Shown here: positions 7,374-9,104 of the stretch, piece after piece | Numbering within the stretch: the stretch's first letter is position 1 | Layout: each line of letters begins with the position of its first letter | Source: Tubiluchus corallicola | Lineage: Eukaryota > Animalia > Priapulida | Direction of reading: 5' to 3' | Assembly: GCA_030141605.1 (NCBI GenBank) | Contig: JAQGDQ010002524.1 | Coordinates: 1-9,104, forward strand | Length of the DNA: 9,104 nucleotides | Program-made: the position numbers and the translations under genes | The notes under the pieces: generated by a model | What the model was told of the DNA's origin: nothing | Database searches by the model: none | What the model saw: only the letters and a program-made list of their open reading frames with translations

Positions 7374-9071
7374 GTGGAAATAGGAGAAAACACTATTTCA
7401 GTAGAATTACCCAGTGGCACTGATGTATTAAGCTTGACAACCATCTTTGAAGTATCCGAAGGAGCAAAAGCAAATATAGATGGTGAACCTCAAATAAGTG
7501 GCGAAACGAAAAATGATTTTAGTGGAGATGTACTCTATACAGTTGTAGCAGAAAATGGAAGTGATTATAAGGACTATACAGTAGCAGTAACTGTAGGACA
7601 ACCTACTTTCCAAGCCCTAAGCTATTACAATAAAGAGAACCGTATAGGAGCAGGTGATTTTGAAAAAGAAGATTTGTTTGAAATAAGCAATTTGCCAGAT
7701 GGAACATATACTTATTCGCTGAAAATAGGAGAGAAAGATGCTGGAACAGCACAAACAGTAACAGTAACAGACAATATAGGCAAAATAGAAAATCCTTTAT
7801 CTGTAGATGATTGGAAATCTATAAATGATGAAGAGGTTAGCATTACTTTAACTATAGGTACAGATAATGATGTGTTTGCTTATACCATTACTAAGGAGCA
7901 ATACGCTATTAAAAGCTGGCAAGACTTACAGGGTATGAAGTATGATTTAGAAGGAGATTATAGCTTAAAGAACAATGTAGAACTTCCAACACCAACGGAT
8001 GGAGGAACATTCCCCGAATCACTTCCTGCAGAAGGTTTTGAGCCTATAGGTGATAGTGATAATCCATTTGAGGGGTCTTTTAATGGTAATAATAATAAAA
8101 TAAGTAATTTCTTTATAGATCACAGCGGTGCAGATAATGTAGGCTTGTTTGGTTATGTAGAAGATGGTCAAATAGAAGATGTAAACATAGAAGTAAACAA
8201 AATAACAGGAAATATTAATGTTGGTGGTCTTGCAGGGTATATTAGTGCAACAGAAGAAAAAATTATAAAAAATTGTCATATTACAGGAGGTAGTGTGAAT
8301 GCAGGGAACAGCTCTGGTGTTTCTAATCTTGGCGGGCTAGTAGGCGGTGTGTCTACTCAGGGGCTGGCAACAATTACTATTTTTGATTGCTCTGCTGCTA
8401 ATGCTGTAGAAGGAAATGGGCGACATGTTGGTGGACTAGTAGGAATTTTTGGTAGTGGTAATATTTCTAACTGCTATGCCACAGGAAGTGTAACAGGCAC
8501 AGGAAGTGTAGTAACAGAAGAATCATATGGCGTTGGTGGACTAGTAGGGTTTATATTTGGTGGAAATATTTCTAACAGCTATGCCACAGGAAGTGTAACA
8601 GGAGAATATGACGTTGGTGGACTAGTAGGGGATCTTCTTGTAGGAAATATATCTAACAGCTATGCCACATCAGGAAGTGTAACAGCAGCAAGAATTGCAG
8701 GAGAATCTAACGTTGGTGGACTAGTAGGGTATCTAACCGGCAGCATATCTAACAGCTATGCTGCCACAGGAAGTGTAACAGGAGAATCTAACGTTGGTGT
8801 TGGTGGGCTAATAGGTAAGATAGAACAAAACCCGACAGTTGAAAATAGTTATTGGGATAAAAAATCCTCTGTAGAGACCTCTGTTGGTGGCGGTACAGGT
8901 GTTTCATCAGGAGAATATTTGGAGCAGGAAGAAAATAAATATATAGATAAAGAAGAGGATGGCAGTGGCACTACAGAGGTTTTTGTAGGTTGGAATTTTG
9001 GCACAGATAATAGTAATCCTTGGAAGTGGCTGAGTAATGGTAATTGGCCTGTACTGAATTGGCAACAGTAG
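7374..9071 (+). CDS. GLUG-motif (VGGLVG repeat) surface protein with one DUF5018-like stalk domain; lacks a functional signal peptide (silent cassette or 5'-inactivated gene)
   Basis: N-terminal stalk domain homologous to the repeats of 3504-6146, then GQPTFQ linker, FEPIGDSDNPFEGSFNGNNNKISN, VGLFG, multiple VGGL(V/A/I)G...ISNSYATGSVTG repeats, and a C-terminal W...W...NWPVL typical of GLUG-motif proteins. The GTG at 7374 is an internal Val codon by homology. Confidence 0.8.
   Translation: MEIGENTISVELPSGTDVLSLTTIFEVSEGAKANIDGEPQISGETKNDFSGDVLYTVVAENGSDYKDYTVAVTVGQPTFQALSYYNKENRIGAGDFEKEDLFEISNLPDGTYTYSLKIGEKDAGTAQTVTVTDNIGKIENPLSVDDWKSINDEEVSITLTIGTDNDVFAYTITKEQYAIKSWQDLQGMKYDLEGDYSLKNNVELPTPTDGGTFPESLPAEGFEPIGDSDNPFEGSFNGNNNKISNFFIDHSGADNVGLFGYVEDGQIEDVNIEVNKITGNINVGGLAGYISATEEKIIKNCHITGGSVNAGNSSGVSNLGGLVGGVSTQGLATITIFDCSAANAVEGNGRHVGGLVGIFGSGNISNCYATGSVTGTGSVVTEESYGVGGLVGFIFGGNISNSYATGSVTGEYDVGGLVGDLLVGNISNSYATSGSVTAARIAGESNVGGLVGYLTGSISNSYAATGSVTGESNVGVGGLIGKIEQNPTVENSYWDKKSSVETSVGGGTGVSSGEYLEQEENKYIDKEEDGSGTTEVFVGWNFGTDNSNPWKWLSNGNWPVLNWQQ
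8427..8815 (+). repeat. Nucleotide-level GLUG repeat units with constant scaffold and variable inserts
   Basis: GTTGGTGGACTAGTAGG occurs exactly at 8427, 8532, 8613 and 8712 (spacing 105/81/99), each followed by a variable segment and AT(T/A)TCTAAC(A/T)GCTATGC...CAGGAAGTGTAACAG. Confidence 0.9.
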
Positions 9072-9104
9072 TTATAAACCATTTTCAAATCTTTTTTATA
9101 TAAA

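Noticed and set aside
8427-8815. CRISPR array or DGR template/variable repeat
   Set aside because: Repeats are in-frame coding units with irregular spacing. No cas or reverse transcriptase gene is in the window, and differences are not adenine-specific.
7428-9088. Three short minus-strand ORFs (7428-7613, 8019-8279, 8849-9088)
   Set aside because: All lie antisense to the GLUG gene and have shadow-like composition.

Overview
AT-rich window from a probable Bacteroidota genome (inferred from the AlaS/WaaA sequence style, TTG-N19/20-TAnnTTTG promoters and a C-K-K-E-E-E lipoprotein export signal). It opens with the end of a polysaccharide cluster (two GT4 glycosyltransferases). A 660-bp gap follows that hides unannotated 3' remnants of a GT2 gene and of alaS, then an intact recR. 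Downstream is a tandem pair of related surface-protein units, each preceded by the recR 3' end and the same promoter region. Unit 1 encodes a lipoprotein made only of nine 92-94-aa Ig-like (DUF5018-like) repeats, six of them arranged as a 558-bp (AB)x3 array. It stops at a frameshift just before a 38-bp remnant of the linker to a head domain. Unit 2 has lost its ATG and carries TGA exactly at the lipobox Cys codon, yet keeps an open 565-aa frame with one stalk domain, the same linker and a GLUG-repeat head. A 5'-truncated waaA/kdtA fragment lies between the units. The complementary 'anchor+stalk without head' and 'head without anchor' arrangement suggests a recombination-based modular adhesin variation locus. 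This is a hypothesis: no recombinase or integrase is visible, and plain decay after duplication remains possible.
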